In this document: positions 1 to 14,629 of the stretch, one piece after another
Position numbering within the stretch: position 1 is the first letter of the stretch
How the letters are laid out: every line of letters begins with the position of its first letter
NCBI RefSeq assembly: GCF_009914755.1
Contig: NC_060926.1
From: the human T2T-CHM13v2.0 reference genome, Homo sapiens
Direction: 5' to 3' (one strand)
Length of the DNA: 64,000 nt
Program-made: the position numbers and the translations under genes
Notes under the pieces: model-generated
Databases searched by the model: none
The model's input: the letters and a program-made list of their open reading frames with translations, nothing else
What the model was told of the DNA's origin: nothing

Positions 1-440
1 CACTGGATTGGCTTTCCTAAGTCCTGATGGACATGCCATGGTGAACCGAAAAGCATTTCCTATGATTTACTTGAGATAAAAATGTAACTGGCCAAAGAGA
101 TGGGAGAACTTCATGGTTGAATACTGTTGTTTGTAGATTTGGATTGAGTGGAGATGTTGTAGCAAAGGCATTTCATTATTCTTGTCTTTGAGTTCAGACA
201 AAACACTTCTTGGAAGTATTTTTTTTGTGGGTTTTTAAGATCTGAGTTTTCTAAGTATGGTACCTTCGTGAGGCCACTGATGTAAGACCCCAGTCTTCCC
301 TTGGTGCTCAGATGTTACGAAGATGAGATTCAGCCCTGAGGCTCAGGCTTGAGCTTCCATGACAGAGCTTGTCTCCTCTGGGATGAAAGGGTAAAAAGAA
401 AGGAAAGTACCATGTATGGCAGTGTTCATCTGGGTGTCCC

Positions 441-575
441 CATCCATCCGTCCGTCCATCCATCCATCCATCCATCCATCCATCCCATTCTTCCACCACC
501 CATTTAAATGTCCATCCATCCATCCATCCATCCATCCATCCATCCATCCATCCATCCACCCACCCACCTACCCAC
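441..575. repeat. (TCCA)n / (CCCA)n microsatellite, two blocks
   Basis: Visible tandem CATC repeats; these produce the MDGW pseudo-ORFs. Confidence 0.97.
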
Positions 576-1260
576 CTTTGCCACAGTGTAAAAAGGTATC
601 AGGGTCCCCATGCCCTCTCATCTTCTCCTTAAATCACAATTCCTACAAAGTAGGCTCTTTTAAGATGTGAACATAGGAGTCTTGTGAAAGTTTATGCAAA
701 ACCTGAGAACTTTGTTTTTTAAGCAGGTTCCCCAGACTTGTTGATGTAATTAGAAATTGAATGTCAGCATGGTGCATCTTTTTGGTGATGAGAACCGAAT
801 TTTCTTCTCCCAGCCTCTCTAGACTTAAAGCAGCACACGTTGCTTTCTCATGTAATTTTTATTTTATTATTTTTTCTCTTCTATTATTATTATTGTTTTT
901 ATTTTTCCATAAGTTATTTGGGTGCAGGTGGTATTTGGTTACATGAGTAAGTTCTTTAGTGGTGATTCGTGAGATTTTGGTGCACATATCACCTGAACAG
1001 TATACACTGCACAATATTTGTACTCTTTTAATCCCTCCCCCACTCCCACTCTTCCCCCTGAGTCCCCAAAGTCCATTGTATCATTCTTATGCCTTTGCAT
1101 CCTCATAGCTTAGCTCCCACATATCAGTGAGAACATACGATGTTTGATTTTTCCATTCCTGAGTTACTTCACTTAGAATAATAGTCTCCAATCTCATTCA
1201 GGTCACTTTAAATACTGTTAATTCATTCCTTTTTATGGCTGCGTTGTATTCTATCATATG

Positions 1261-1316
<56 letters not shown>

Positions 1317-1334
1317 CTGTATCTATATATATAT
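1261..1334. repeat. (TCTA)n/(TA)n microsatellite inside the L1PB 3' region
   Basis: About 14 perfect ATCT units. Confidence 0.97.
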
Positions 1335-2254
1335 CACAGTTTCTTTATCCACTCATTGATTGATGGGCATTTGGGTTGGTTCCACGATTTTGCAATTGTG
1401 AATTGTGCTGCTATAAACATGTGTGCAAGTATCTTTTTTGAATAATGACTTCTTTTCCTCTGGGTAGATACCCAGTAGTGAGATTGCTGGATCAAATGGT
1501 AGTTCTACTTTTAGTTCTTTAAGGAATCTCCACACTGTTTACCATAGTGGTTGTACTAGTTTACATTCCCACCAGCAGTGTAGAAGTGTCCCCTGTTCAC
1601 CACATCCACTTCAACATCTACTGTTTTTTGATTTTTTTATTATGGCCATTCTTGCAGGAGTAAAGTGGTATCACATTGTGGTTTTTATTTCATTTCCCTG
1701 ATCATTAGCGATGTTGTGCATTTTTTCATATGTTTGTTGGCCATTTGTATATCTTCTTTTGAGAATTGTCTATTTATGTCCTTAGCCCACTTTTTGATGG
1801 GATTTTTTGTTTTTTTTGTGCTGATTTGTTTGAGTTTGTTTTTGTCGTAGATTCTGGATATTAGTCCTTTGTCAGATATATAGATTGTGAAGATTTTCTC
1901 CCACTCTGTGGGTTGTCTGTTTACTCTGCTGACTGTTCCTTTTGCCATGTGAAAGCTCTTTAGTTTAATTAGGTCCCAGCTATTTATCTTTGTTTTTATT
2001 GCATTTGCTTTTGGGTTCTTGGTCATGAAATCCTTGCCTAAGCCAATATCTAGAAGAGTTTTTCCATTGTTATCTTCTAGAATTTTTGTTATTGTTCCAA
2101 TGCTATCTTCTAGAATTTTTATAATTTCAGGTCTTAGGTTTAAGTCCTTAATACATCTTGTTGATTTTCGTATAAGATGAGAGATGAGGATCCAATTTCA
2201 TTCTCCTACAGGTGGCTACCCAATTATCCCAGCACCATTTATTGAAAAGGGTGT

Positions 2255-2410
2255 GGAGTGGGGGGAGAGGGGAGGGATAGCATTAGGAGATATACCTAAT
2301 GTAAATGATGAGTTAATGGGTGCAGCACACCAACATGGCACATGTATACATATGTAACAAACCTGCACGTTGTGCACATGTACCCTAGAACTTAAAGTAT
2401 AATAAAAAAA

Positions 2411-2447
<37 letters not shown>
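2255..2447 (+). mobile_element. Severely 5'-truncated L1PA (L1PA5-like) 3' end nested in the L1PB
   Basis: L1PA 3'UTR ending CTAGAACTTAAAGTATAATAAA, with an A/(TA)n tail and 11-bp TSD GAAAAGGGTGT at 2244-2254 and 2448-2458. Confidence 0.95.
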
Positions 2448-2448
<1 letters not shown>

Positions 2449-2536
2449 AAAAGGGTGTTCTTTCCCCACTTTATGTTTTTGTTTGCTTTGTTAAAGATGA
2501 GTTGGCTGTAAGTATTTGGGTTTATTTCTGGGTTCT

Positions 2537-3778
2537 CTATTCTGTTCCATTGGTCCATGTGCCTGTTTTTATACCGGTACCATGCTGTTTGGTGACTATG
2601 GCCTTATAGTATAGTTTGAAATCAGGTAGTGTGATGCCTCCAGATTTGTTCTTTTTGCTTAGTCTTGCTTTGGTTATATGGGCTCTTTTTTGGTTCCATA
2701 TGGATTTTAGAATTGTTTTTTCTAAGTCTGTGAAGAATGATGGTGGTATTTTGATGGGGATTGCATTGAATTTGTAGATTGCCTTTGGCAGTATGGTCAT
2801 TTTCAGAATGTTGATTCTACCCATCCATGAGCATGGGATGTGTTTCCATTTGTTTGTCTTGTCTATGATTCCTTTTAGCGGTGTTTTGTAGTTTTCCTTG
2901 TAGAAGTCTTTTGACTCCTTTGTTAGGTATATTCCTAAGTATTTTATTTTTTTTGCAGCTATTGTAAAAGGGGTTGAGTTCTTGATTTGATTCTCCGCTT
3001 GGTCGCTGTTGGTGTATAGAAGAGCTACTGATTTGTGTACATTAATCTTGTATCCAGAAACTTTGCTGAATTCTTTTATCAGCTCTAGGAGCTTTCTGGA
3101 GGAGTCCTTAGAATTTTCAAGGTAAACGATCATATCACCAGCAAACAGTGACAGTTTGACTTCTTTCTTAGCAATTTGGATGCCCTTTATTTCCTTCTCT
3201 TGTCTGATTGCTCTGGCTAGGACTTCCACTACTATGTTGAAGAGGAGTGGTGTGAGTGGGCATCCTTGTCTTGTTCCCGTTCTCAGAGAGAATGCTTTCA
3301 ACTTTTCCCCATTCAGTATTATGTTGGCTGTGGGTTTGTCATAGATGGCTTTTATTACATTAAGGTATGTCCCTTGTATGCCGATTTTGCTGAGAGTTTT
3401 AATCATAAACGATGCTGGATTTTGTCTAATGCTTTTTTTGCATCTATTGAGATGATCATGTGATTTTTGTTTTTTAATTCTGTTTATGTGGTATATCTCA
3501 TGTATTGACTTGCATATGTTAAACCATCCTGGCATCCCTGGTATGAAATCCAGTTGATCATGGTGGATTATCTTTTTTATGTTGTTGGATTCAGGTAGCT
3601 GTATTTTGTTAAGGATTTTAGCATCTATGTTCTTCAAGGATATCAGTCTGTAGTTTTCTTTTTTGGTTATATCCTTTCCTGGTTTTGGTATTAGGGTGAT
3701 CCTTGCTTCATAGAATGAATTAGGGAGGATTCCTTCTTTCTCTATCTTGTGGAATAGTGTCAAAAGGATTGGTATCAA
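2537..3778 (-). pseudogene. L1 ORF2 reverse transcriptase remnant (inactive)
   Basis: GTRQGCPL motif is present, but the catalytic FADD reads FAGD, and there are internal frameshifted stretches. Confidence 0.9.
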
Positions 3779-6700
3779 TTCTTCTTTGAATGTCTGGTAG
3801 AATTCTGCTGTGAATCCATCTGGTCCTGGACTGTTTTTTTGGCAATTTAAAAATTACCATTTCAATCTCACTGCTTGTTATTAGTCTGTTCAGGGTAGCT
3901 AATTCTTCCTGATTTAAGCTAGGAATGTTGTATTTTTCCAGGAATTTATCCATCTCTTCTATGTCTTCTAGTTTATGTGAGTAAAGGTGTTCATAGTAGC
4001 CCTGAATGATCTTTTGTATTTCAGTGGTGTCAGTTGTAATATTTCCTGCTTCGTTTCTTAGTGAGGTTATTTGGATTTTCTCTCTTCTTTTCTAGGTTAA
4101 TCTTGCTAATGGTCTACCAATTTTATTTATCTTTTCAAAGAACCAGCTTTTTGTTTCATTTATCTTTTGTATTTTTTTTTTTTGTTTCAATTTCATTTAG
4201 TTCTACTCTGATCTTGGTTATTTCCTTCTTCTGCGGGGGTTGGGTTTGGTTTGTTCTAGATTCTCTAGTTCTTTGAGGTGTGACTTTAGATTGTCTGTTT
4301 GTGCTCTTTCAGACTTTTTGAGGTAGGCACTTAGGGCTATGAACTTTCCTCTTAACACTGCCTTTGCTGTATCCCAGAGGTTTTGATAGTTTGTGTCATC
4401 ATTGTCATTCAGTTTGAAGAATTTTTAAATTTCCATCTTGATTTCATTTTTGACCCAATGCTCATTTAGGAGCAGGTTATTTAATTTCCATGTATTTGCA
4501 TGGTTTTGAAGTTTCCTTTTGGAGTTGATTTCCAGTTTAATTCCACTGTGGTTTGAGAGAGTGCTTCACATAATTTTAATTTTCTTAAACTTATTGAGGC
4601 TCATTTTATGGCCCATCATATGGTCTATCTTGGAGAAAGTTCCATGCATTGAATAGAACGTGTATTCTGTGGTTGTTGGATGAAATGTTCTGTATATATC
4701 TGTTAAGTCCATTTGTTCCAAGGTATAGTTTAAATCCGTTGTTTCTTTGTTGACTTTCTGTCTTGATGACCTGTCTAGTGTTGTCAGTAGAGTATCGATG
4801 TCCCCTGATATTGTTGCTGTCTAGCTCACTTCTTAGATCTGTTAGTAATTGTTTTATAAATTTGGGAGCTTCAGTGTTTGGTGCATATATGTTTAGGATT
4901 GTGATATTTTCCTGTGGGGCAAGGCCTTTTATAATGTCCCTCTTTGTCTCTTTTAACTGCTGTTAAAGTTTGTTTTGTCTGATATAAGAATAGCTACACC
5001 TGCTCACTTTTGGTGTCCATTTGCATGAAATGTCTTTTTCCACCCCTTTACTTTAAGTTTCTGTGATTCCTTATGTGTTAGGTGAGTCTCCTGAAAGCAG
5101 CAGATAGTTGGTGAATTCTTATTCAGTTTGCAGTTCTGTATCTTTTAAGTGGAGCATTTAGGTCATTTACATTCAATGTTAGTATTGAAATGTGAGGTAC
5201 CATTGCATTCATCGTGCTCTTTGTTGCCTGTGTAGTTTTTTTGTTTGTTTGTTTGTTTTTGCTTTTTAACTTGTATTTTTGTTTTGCAGGTCCTGTGTGA
5301 TTTTTGCTTTAAAGAGGTTCTGTTTTGATGTGTTTCCAGGATTTGTTTCAAGATTTAGAGCTCCTTTTAGCAGTTCTTATAGTGGTGGCTTGGTAATGGC
5401 GAATTCTCTCAGCATTTGTTTGTCTCAAAAAGACTATCTTTTCTTTATATATGATGCTTAGTTTTGCTGGATACAAAATTCTTGGCTGATAATTGTTTTG
5501 TTTGAGGAGACTGAGGATATGGCCCTAGTCCCTTTTAGCTTGCAGGGTTTCTGCTGAGAAATCTGCTGTTAATCTGGTAGATTTTCTTTTATAGGTTACC
5601 TGGTGCTTCTGTCTCACAGCTGTTAAAATTATTTCCTTTGTCTCAGCTTTGGGTAACCTGTTGACAGTGTACCTAGGTGAAGATCTTTTTATGATGAATT
5701 TTCCAGGTGTTCTTTGTGCTTCTTGGATTTGGATGTCTAGGTCTCTAGCATGGCCGGGGAGGTTTTCCTTTATTGTTCCCCCAAATATGTTTTCCAAGCT
5801 TTTAGAATTCTCTTCTTCCTCAGGAACATTAATTATTCTTAGGTTTGGTCATGTAACATAATCCCATACTTCTCAGAGGCTTTGTTCACATTTTCTTATT
5901 CTTTTTTCTTTGTCTTTGTTGGATTGGGTTAATTCGAAGACCTTGTCTTCGAGCTCTGAATTTCTTTCTTCTGCTTGTTCAATTCTATTGCTGAGAATTT
6001 CCAGAGCATTTCACATTTCTAAAAGTGGGTCTGAAGTTTCCTGAAATTTTTATTGTTTTTTCTTTAAGCTATCTATTTCCTTGAATATTTCTTCCTTCAC
6101 TTCTTGTATCATTTGTTTTTTGGATCTCCTTGCATTGGGCTTCACCTTTCTCTGGTCCCTCCCTGTTTAGCTTAATAACTAACTTCCCAAATTCTTTTTC
6201 AGGTAACTCAGGGATTTTGTCTTGGTTTGGATCCATTGCTGGTGAACTAGTGTGATTTTTTGGGGGGTGTTGAAGAGCCTTGTTTTGTTATAGTACCAGA
6301 GTTGATTTTCTGGTTCCTTCTCCTTTGGGTAGGCTCTGTCAGAGGGAAGGTCTAGGGCTGAAGGCTGTTGTTCAGATTCTTTTGTCCCACTGGGTGTTCC
6401 CTTGATGTAGTACTCTCCCCCTTTTCCTATGAATGTGGCTTCCTGTGAGCTGAACTGCAGTGATTGTTGTCTCTTTTCTGGGTCTAGCCACCCAGCGAGT
6501 CTGCCCAGCTCTGGGCTGGTCCTGGGGGTTGCCTGCACAGAGTTCTGTGATATGAACTGTCTATGGGTCTCTCAGCCGTGGATACCAGTGCCTGTTGCAG
6601 TGGAGGTAGCGGAGGGTGCAATGGACTCCATGAGGATCCTTAGCTTTGGTGGTTTAATGCTCTATTTTTTTACTGGTTGGCCGCCTGCCAGGAGGCGGCA

Positions 6701-9449
6701 CTTTCAGCTGTGCTAGTATGGGGAGGAACCAGCAGTGGGTGGGGCCCTAGAACTCTCAAGATTATATGCCCTTTGTCTTCCATTACCAAGGTGGATAGGA
6801 AAGGACCATCAGGTGGGGGTAGGGCCAGGCACATGTGTCTGAGCTCAGACTCTCCTTGGGTGGGTCTTGCTGTGGCTGCTGTGGGGGATGGAGGTGAGAT
6901 TCCCAGGTCACTGGAGTTGTGTACCTATGGCTGCCTCTGCTGAGTCATGCAGGTTTTCAGTTAAGTGGGGGAAAGCTGGCAGTCACTGGCCTCACCCAGT
7001 TCCCATGCAAACTGAAGGGCCGGTCCCACTCCCACCCTGTCCCCTCCTACAGCCCGGAGTCTGTTTCCAGGTGGAGAGTGAGAGGGTCTTGAAAACTTGC
7101 CCGAGGCCATCTGCCTCCCAGCTGAGAAAGAAAGGGCTTTAATTCTTCCTGGCCTGTGAAGTCTGCATGCCGGATTAGGATTCGCAACCTCTCCTGAGTT
7201 CTGGCCAGGGGGCTTCTCGCCCCGTTCAAATTGTTACAGAGTTTGCCTAGAGAATTCCTTCTCCTTGTTGAATTTTACCCCCTGCATCTCTGGGCACCCT
7301 CATGATGGATCCCCGTGGTGCCAGGCAGGAATGGACTGCTTGGGGACCCAGTGAGCTCCCAGGGCTTTTCTGCTGCTTCCTCTGTATTTCGCTCGGCTCT
7401 CTAACTTGACTCAGCTCCAGGTAAAGTTGGAAACTTCTCCTGCAAACAGACCTTCAGCTTCTCCACTGGGGGTGTGTGTTTGGGGGAGGAGGGTCTACCT
7501 TTCCCACTTCCGCAGTTGGGGCACTCACAGTATTTGTGGGTCTCCTGGGTCCTGCAGGAGCAGTCCGCTTCCTTCAGAGGGTCTGTGGTCCTCTCAGTAT
7601 TTCTGATTTGTTCTTGCAGCCAATCTGAAGCTAAAATTCACAATGCGAGCCTCCACATGCCGGAGCTGCAATCTAGTCCTTCCTCCCCTCTGCCATGATC
7701 CCAGGAGCCAGTTTTTTTTTTTTTTTTTTTTTAATATATCTATGTATGGGGGTTTGAAGTAAAGAGTACAGGATGGACAGTTTAATGTGGCCCTGAATTC
7801 CAGTAGATTTGCTTTTAGTTGCTTTTTACCAGTCATCCCTATAACCCACATCAATGGAGTTAAGAATACATAAGCAAGCCCTGTTTTACAGTCCTTCATT
7901 TATGTTATGTGAGCAACTCAGAAACAATTTCCATGCAGACATCATTAGACACTAGGATTAGGTTTCAGACTGCCCCACCAAAGCAGATATAAGCCCTAAT
8001 GAGTGCACAGTGACATGGTTTTGAGTACCAGGACCCGAGCACTATATGATGTAGAAGGGAGGAGATGAGTTTTCTCTCCTAGGAAGGGGGCCACACACTT
8101 GCACCACACACCCATCCATGCAAACACACACCCTAGATGGGACAGTGCTCACTAATGTGGACTGCTTAGCTAATTTGATGTAAGTAGACAAACCACAAAA
8201 GAGCATATTATATTTTTTTGTGTAACAGACAATAACAGTCCTCCACAAACCCTGTTCAGGCCATTCTACTGTGACCTTCTTCAGATACCACCAAATAGAT
8301 TGAGTGTGGAACTATTTCAAATTTCCCTTGTTAAACTGACTTCAGTAGGAAACTCACAGAAACTTTGATTGTGAACATCAGGTAGAGAAAGCCACGTTTT
8401 ACTCCAGATTGCCTGGGGTTTGTTTTTCCCAAGTGTGCATTTGTATTTGCTGTGGAGTGAGAACTTTCTGCATGGCAGAAGGAAAGCCTGCACCTGTTCA
8501 GAGATGGTGCCTACAGCCATCTCCTGAGGCTTGGCCCTGAGCCGGCTAACGTCACTGCTGGGCTTGTTGGAGGGTGTGGGTGTTCTTCCAAAGACCTCCT
8601 TTGCTTCCTCAGCTCAATTCTACCTTGTTCTTTCTTGTATGGAGAACTTGGAAACTCAGAGAGCTGGGTGAATTTAGAAAATGGGCTGGAGAAAGGATAG
8701 GTGTGAGAATTCATTTTAATAAGTCAAATTTAAAACTTTTTTGACTTGCATTGCCTGGGGATCTCATTATTTTATAATTTTTTTATATTGATGAAGTGTA
8801 GGATTAGTTATAATTGATAGTTCTGGGCAAAGCGTTTAAAAAATCCTCCCAGGATAGTTTTCAGGGACTGGATACGGATGTTTGTGAAGCATAAACACAT
8901 TTTCACTACCTTCCAAAGAATGGTCTAGATGCTATATAAACCATCATATTTATTATATCTTTTAAAAAGTTAAGTAAAGCTTTTTTTTTAACCTCATGAA
9001 GTAAATAGTCACTCTGGCAACATACTACAGCAATAGACACTTCGCCCTCTGAGAGTTTTGCTGTAAATATGCTGAAGATTTATATAGCTTGGCAAAAACC
9101 ACTCTGTTTTCTTCTAGCAGCAATAAACACTTTTCTAAAATCCTTTGGAAATTCTACAACATGTCAGGTGCTCAGATGGGGTATAGAAAAACAACAGCTT
9201 AGTCAGACATTGAATCACCATGTCCTGGAGTCCCTAGGAAAGCCAATATGGTGAGAAGGTACCTCCCAAGCAGCCCTCTCCACAACATTTTGAGCAGGAA
9301 AACCCTTGTTTTTTCCTTTAAGTGGAATGTTCATTTAGTAAACTTTCACTGGACATCTCCCACGTGTTTACTGTGTAGCAGGCACTGATGCCACCATATG
9401 TCAGTGATATTGCCAAGAAATACCATTCTGCAGGCACAAAGGTGAGGTG

Positions 9450-10118
<669 letters not shown>

Positions 10119-10644
10119 TGTGACTTATAGTTTAGAAAAGTCCCTCTAGCCATCCACGGAGGGGCAAAGGGCATTACAAGTAGAAGCAAAATGATGTCAC
10201 TGGCTTATGTACTGGTGTGACTTTGGGGGCATTGGAGACGGGCCTCTGTCACCCAGATAGTTAATTGGTTTTGTTCCTTGATGGCTGAAATTCCTTAGAC
10301 TCTTTTTTTTTTTTGGAATTGAGAATTCTGGGAAGATTGAGTGGAATTTTTGGCCACATGTCTGTTTCATCTTCCTGAGGTCCCCCTAATTCCCTTTGGG
10401 TAATTATACTGCACTGTTGAATATTGACTTTGTAAGTAACTGTGAAGATCTCCCACGAGGTTCCTTCTGCCAGCTTCTTCTCCCTGCCCCAGTATAGCCA
10501 CTGGGTGGACAGGTGGTATGGGCTCAGCCAGTCTGATACTGTCAGTTGAGTGACTTGAGAATGGAAGAGACCTCTAGAGTGAGTTCTTTCCTATGCTGGC
10601 TCTCTGAAGAGATCTCTTCCTCTATAAATTATTCCTATAGTTTC

Positions 10645-12187
10645 TTTTTTTCATTTTTTCAACTTTTATTTCAGGTTCAGGGAGTATGTGTGCAGGTTTG
10701 TTTACCTGGGTATATTGCTTGATGCTGAGGTTTGGGGTATGATGGGACCAGTCACCCAGGTAGTGAGCATAATACCAAATAGGTAGTTTTTCAACCCTTG
10801 CCCCCCTTGCTACCTCCCCCATCAGTAGTCCACATTGTTTATTGTTCCCATCTTTATGTCCATCTTTACCCAATATTTAGCTCCCACTCACATAAGTGAG
10901 AACATGTGGTATTTGATTTTCTATTTCTGTGTTAATTCTCTTAGGATAATGGCCTTTAGCTGCATTCATGTTGCTGCAAAGGACATGATTTTGTTCTTTT
11001 TTACAGTTGTGTAATATTCCATGGTGTATATGTAGCACATTTCCTTTATCCAATCCACTGTTGATGGGCAACTAGGTTGATTCCATGTCTTTGCTATTGT
11101 GATTAGACCATGAAGAACATACAAATGCATGCGTCTTTTTGGTAGAATGTTTATTTTCTTTGGATATACCGGTAATGAGACTGCTGAGTTGAATGGTAGT
11201 TCTGTTTTAAGTTCTTTGAGAAATCTCCAATCTGCTTTCCACAATGGCTGAACTAACTTAAATTCCCAGCAACAGTGTGTACTCAGCAACCTTGCCAGCA
11301 TTTCTCTGATCATCGGTGATGATGAGCATTTTTTCATATGTTTGTTGGCCACTTGTATGTCCTCTTTTGAGAAGTGTCTGTTAATGGGGTTATTTGTTCT
11401 TTGTTGTCAATTTAAATTTCTTATAGATTCTGGATGTTAGTCTTCTGTCAGATGCATAATTTGCAATTTTTTTCTCCCATTCTATAGGCTGTCTGTTTAC
11501 TCTTTGATTGTTTCTTTTACTGTGCAGAATCTCCTTAGTTTAATTAGGTCCCACTAGTCAATTATTTTTGTTAAAATTACTTCTGAGGACTTAGCCACAA
11601 ATTCTTTGCCAAGGCTGATGTTGAGAAAGGTATTTCCTTTAATAAATGACTTCTAGAAAGAAAACCCAGGTTTTCTTCTAGGATTTTTATGGTTTGAGGT
11701 CTTACATTTAAGACTTTAATCCATCTTGAGTTAATTTTTGTACATGGTTATAAGTAGGGGTTCAAATTTGTTCTTCTGCATATGGTTAGCCAGTTATCTC
11801 AGCACCATTTATTGATTAGGGAGTCCTTTCCCTATGGCTTATTTTTGTTGACTTTGTTGAAGATCAGATGGTTGTGGGTATGTGGCTTCAATTCTGGGTT
11901 CTCTGTTCTCTTCCATTGGTCTGTGTGTCTGTTTTTATACCAGTACCATGCTGTTTTAGTTACTGTAGCCTTGTAGTATAGCTTAAAGTCAGTAATGTGA
12001 TGCCTCTAGGTTTTTTTTTTTTTTTTGCTTAAGATTGCTTTGGCTATTCAGGCTCTTTTTTTGGTTCCATATGAATTTCAAAGTAGTTTTGTCTAATTCT
12101 TTAAAAATGACATTAATAGTTTGATAGGAATAGCATTGAATCTATCTGTAGATTGCTTTGAGTTGTATGACCATTTTAATGATATTG
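10645..12187 (-). mobile_element. 5'-truncated L1 (L1PA15/16-like)
   Basis: L1 3'UTR and ORF2 C-terminal fragments (10966-11352). Degenerate 17-bp TSD: ATTATTCCTATAGTTTC (10628-10644) and ATTATTCCTGTAATTTC (12188-12204). Confidence 0.9.
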
Positions 12188-12204
12188 ATTATTCCTGTAA
12201 TTTC

Positions 12205-12375
12205 AACTTTCAGGTTCCTCAGAAGGGCCCTGACTCCTGCCTGTTTCCAGGTGTGGCTTTTCAGGCTTCTCTTTGGTTCTAGGAGCTTCACATAGCCATC
12301 TGAAAAAATTACATTTGTTTGAGTTAGCTGCAACCAGTTGCTGCTGCTTGTGTCCAAAGAACCCTAATAGATGTA
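12205..12375. mobile_element. Probable old MLT1-type MaLR LTR fragment (other part probably at about 10400-10627, split by the L1)
   Basis: Terminal motif ...CCAAAGAACCCTAATAGAT resembles MLT1 ends; highly diverged. Confidence 0.4.
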
Positions 12376-12710
12376 GGAAACATCCAGAGGTCTTACTTCA
12401 CACCAGAGTTTAAAGACTAATCTCCTAGCCTTTCCTACTGGTTTGAAAGGGGCGCAAGGAGAGAACACGAGGACATTATTTTCAGAGAGGGAGCAAGGAT
12501 GTTCTCAAAGGGGCAGAGGAAACTAAATCCCTGCAGACCAACTTTGCTGGCATCCCAGTATTGCTGCAGGCTGGTCTTGCTCCAAGGTCTACCTAGAGTG
12601 GGTCAAATTAGCATCAAATAGGTGGCAGCATTTCCTGTGTACTTTCAATTCCAGTTCTTTCTCAGATGGCACTCAGGGCTCTGGCAATACTTAGTGAAAA
12701 AATAACAATA

Positions 12711-13027
12711 GACTGGGTGCGGTGGCTGAGGCCTGTAATCCCAGCACTTTGGGAGTCTGAGGCCGGTGGATCACAAGGTCAAGAGATCGAGACCATCCCG
12801 GCCAACATGGTGAAACCCCGTCACCACTAAAAATACAAGAATTAGCTGGGTGTGATGGAGCACACCTGTATTCCCAGCTACTCAGGAGGCTGAGGCAGGA
12901 GCATCGCTTGAACCCGGGAGGTGGAGGTTTCAGTGAGCCGAGATCCCACCACTGCACTCCAGCCTGGCGACAGAGTGAGACTCTGTCTCAAAAATACAAA
13001 AGACAAAACAAAACAAAACAAAAAAAC
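12711..13027 (+). mobile_element. Alu (AluSc-like)
   Basis: Full dimer containing AAGAGATCGAGACCATCC, with a (CAAAA)n tail. Confidence 0.95.
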
Positions 13028-13039
13028 CACAATAGTAAA

Positions 13040-13480
13040 TATTGATATAGCACTTACATAATGTGCGAGACACTGTTATAAATGTGATCCACATATTAAC
13101 CCATTTATTTCTTATAATCAAATTTTGATGTAGGTACTATTATCTTATTATATTATTATTATATTACATCTATCTTTTGCTGTCAGTCATCTATCTATCT
13201 ATCATCTATTTATCAACAGATGAAGAAACCTCAATGAACAATTCTAATAATTTAGCTACATTATACAAACAGAAAGTGGTAGTTACAGAATCTGTGCTTT
13301 CACTCCTGGATTCAAATCTTAGCTCCACTTCTTTTTGGCTGGGCAAGTTATTTAACCCCTGAGGCCTCAGTATCCTCGTTTGCAGAGTGGGACTAATAAT
13401 AGTATCTATTTATCTAGCATTAGGTAGCATAAAGTAAAATGCTTCAAATAGTGCCTGGCACAAAGTAAGCACTATATAAA
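13040..13480. mobile_element. MIR fragments (two, opposite orientation)
   Basis: MIR core-like GGGCAAGTTATTTAACCCCTGAGGCCTCAGTATCCTC and AGTGCCTGGCACAAAGTAAGCACT. Confidence 0.7.
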
Positions 13481-14225
13481 GGTTTTCCAGAAAAGTTATT
13501 TTGTAATGGACATTACAAAGAAGACTGAACATACATACTTTATAGAGATAAGCCCATAACAAACTGTGACTCTTCTATTTATCCCAGTGCTTTGTAGATG
13601 TTTTGTAGCTCTTCACAGAAAGGGCATGAGGTGATATAAGTAATTGGTATTGTTTAAACACTCATTTAGGGAGATAAAGCCAAAATACAGTTGAATTTAA
13701 GGGCATGAGCCTGCTGTGTCAGGACAGACAACAACCACCCCCTACAGAAGCAAAGAGTACGATGTGCCTCCCCAGTATGGGGCTCATTGGAGAGCGGGCG
13801 TGGTCTCTGTGGCTGCCACCTCTGCTTTCCATTTAACTATTTGAAACCTCAATTTCCTCATTCATAAGTGGGGAATCATCTTAATGCCTGGTTCTCTGCA
13901 TTGATCTTGGGATTAAAAAAGATTGTTTGCTTATTCATTACTTTTGGCTGGGCATTAAGGATACAAAAATTAAGAAAAAATAGGCCTACCTTTGCAGAGC
14001 TCACGGTGCAGTGTGGAGACAATGAGTAAACTGTTCTACTGCATTTCAGCAAGTTAAGTACTCTGATGGAGGCAGGTACTGGTAGGTGGGATGCAGTGGA
14101 AGGGAGCCTGGTTTTGAGGTAGGGAGAGGTCTGGGGTCTGGGGTTGGTTCTGGAGAATATGATAGAGCTGAGTCTTGAAGGACATTCTGAGCAGACCAAA
14201 CAAGTGCAGAGACCTGGAGTTGTGA

Positions 14226-14554
<329 letters not shown>

Positions 14555-14629
14555 GTTTTTCACTAATTCTTTATTGTTCTAGAGTTTCAGTTGGTTTGTG
14601 ACAGGCAAGGCTAGTGGATAAGGAATAAT

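Larger units (their letters stand above)
855..7700 (-). mobile_element. Full-length, decayed LINE-1 (L1PB-type, L1PBa-like 5'UTR)
   Basis: ORF2 fragments (2537-3778 RT, 1685-2026, 1353-1535), ORF1 fragment 5525-5797, L1PB-like 3'UTR near 900-1200, and a 5' terminus reading GATCATGGCAGAGG...GGACTAGATTGCAGCTCC on the minus strand. No clear TSD. Confidence 0.93.

Noticed and set aside
308-670. MDGW- and HPSI-repeat ORFs
   Set aside because: Translations of the (TCCA)n microsatellite.
7711-7732. Poly(T) run beside the L1PB 5' end, considered as a separate retro-tail or TSD
   Set aside because: No recognisable element body follows it, and no matching flanking duplication was found.
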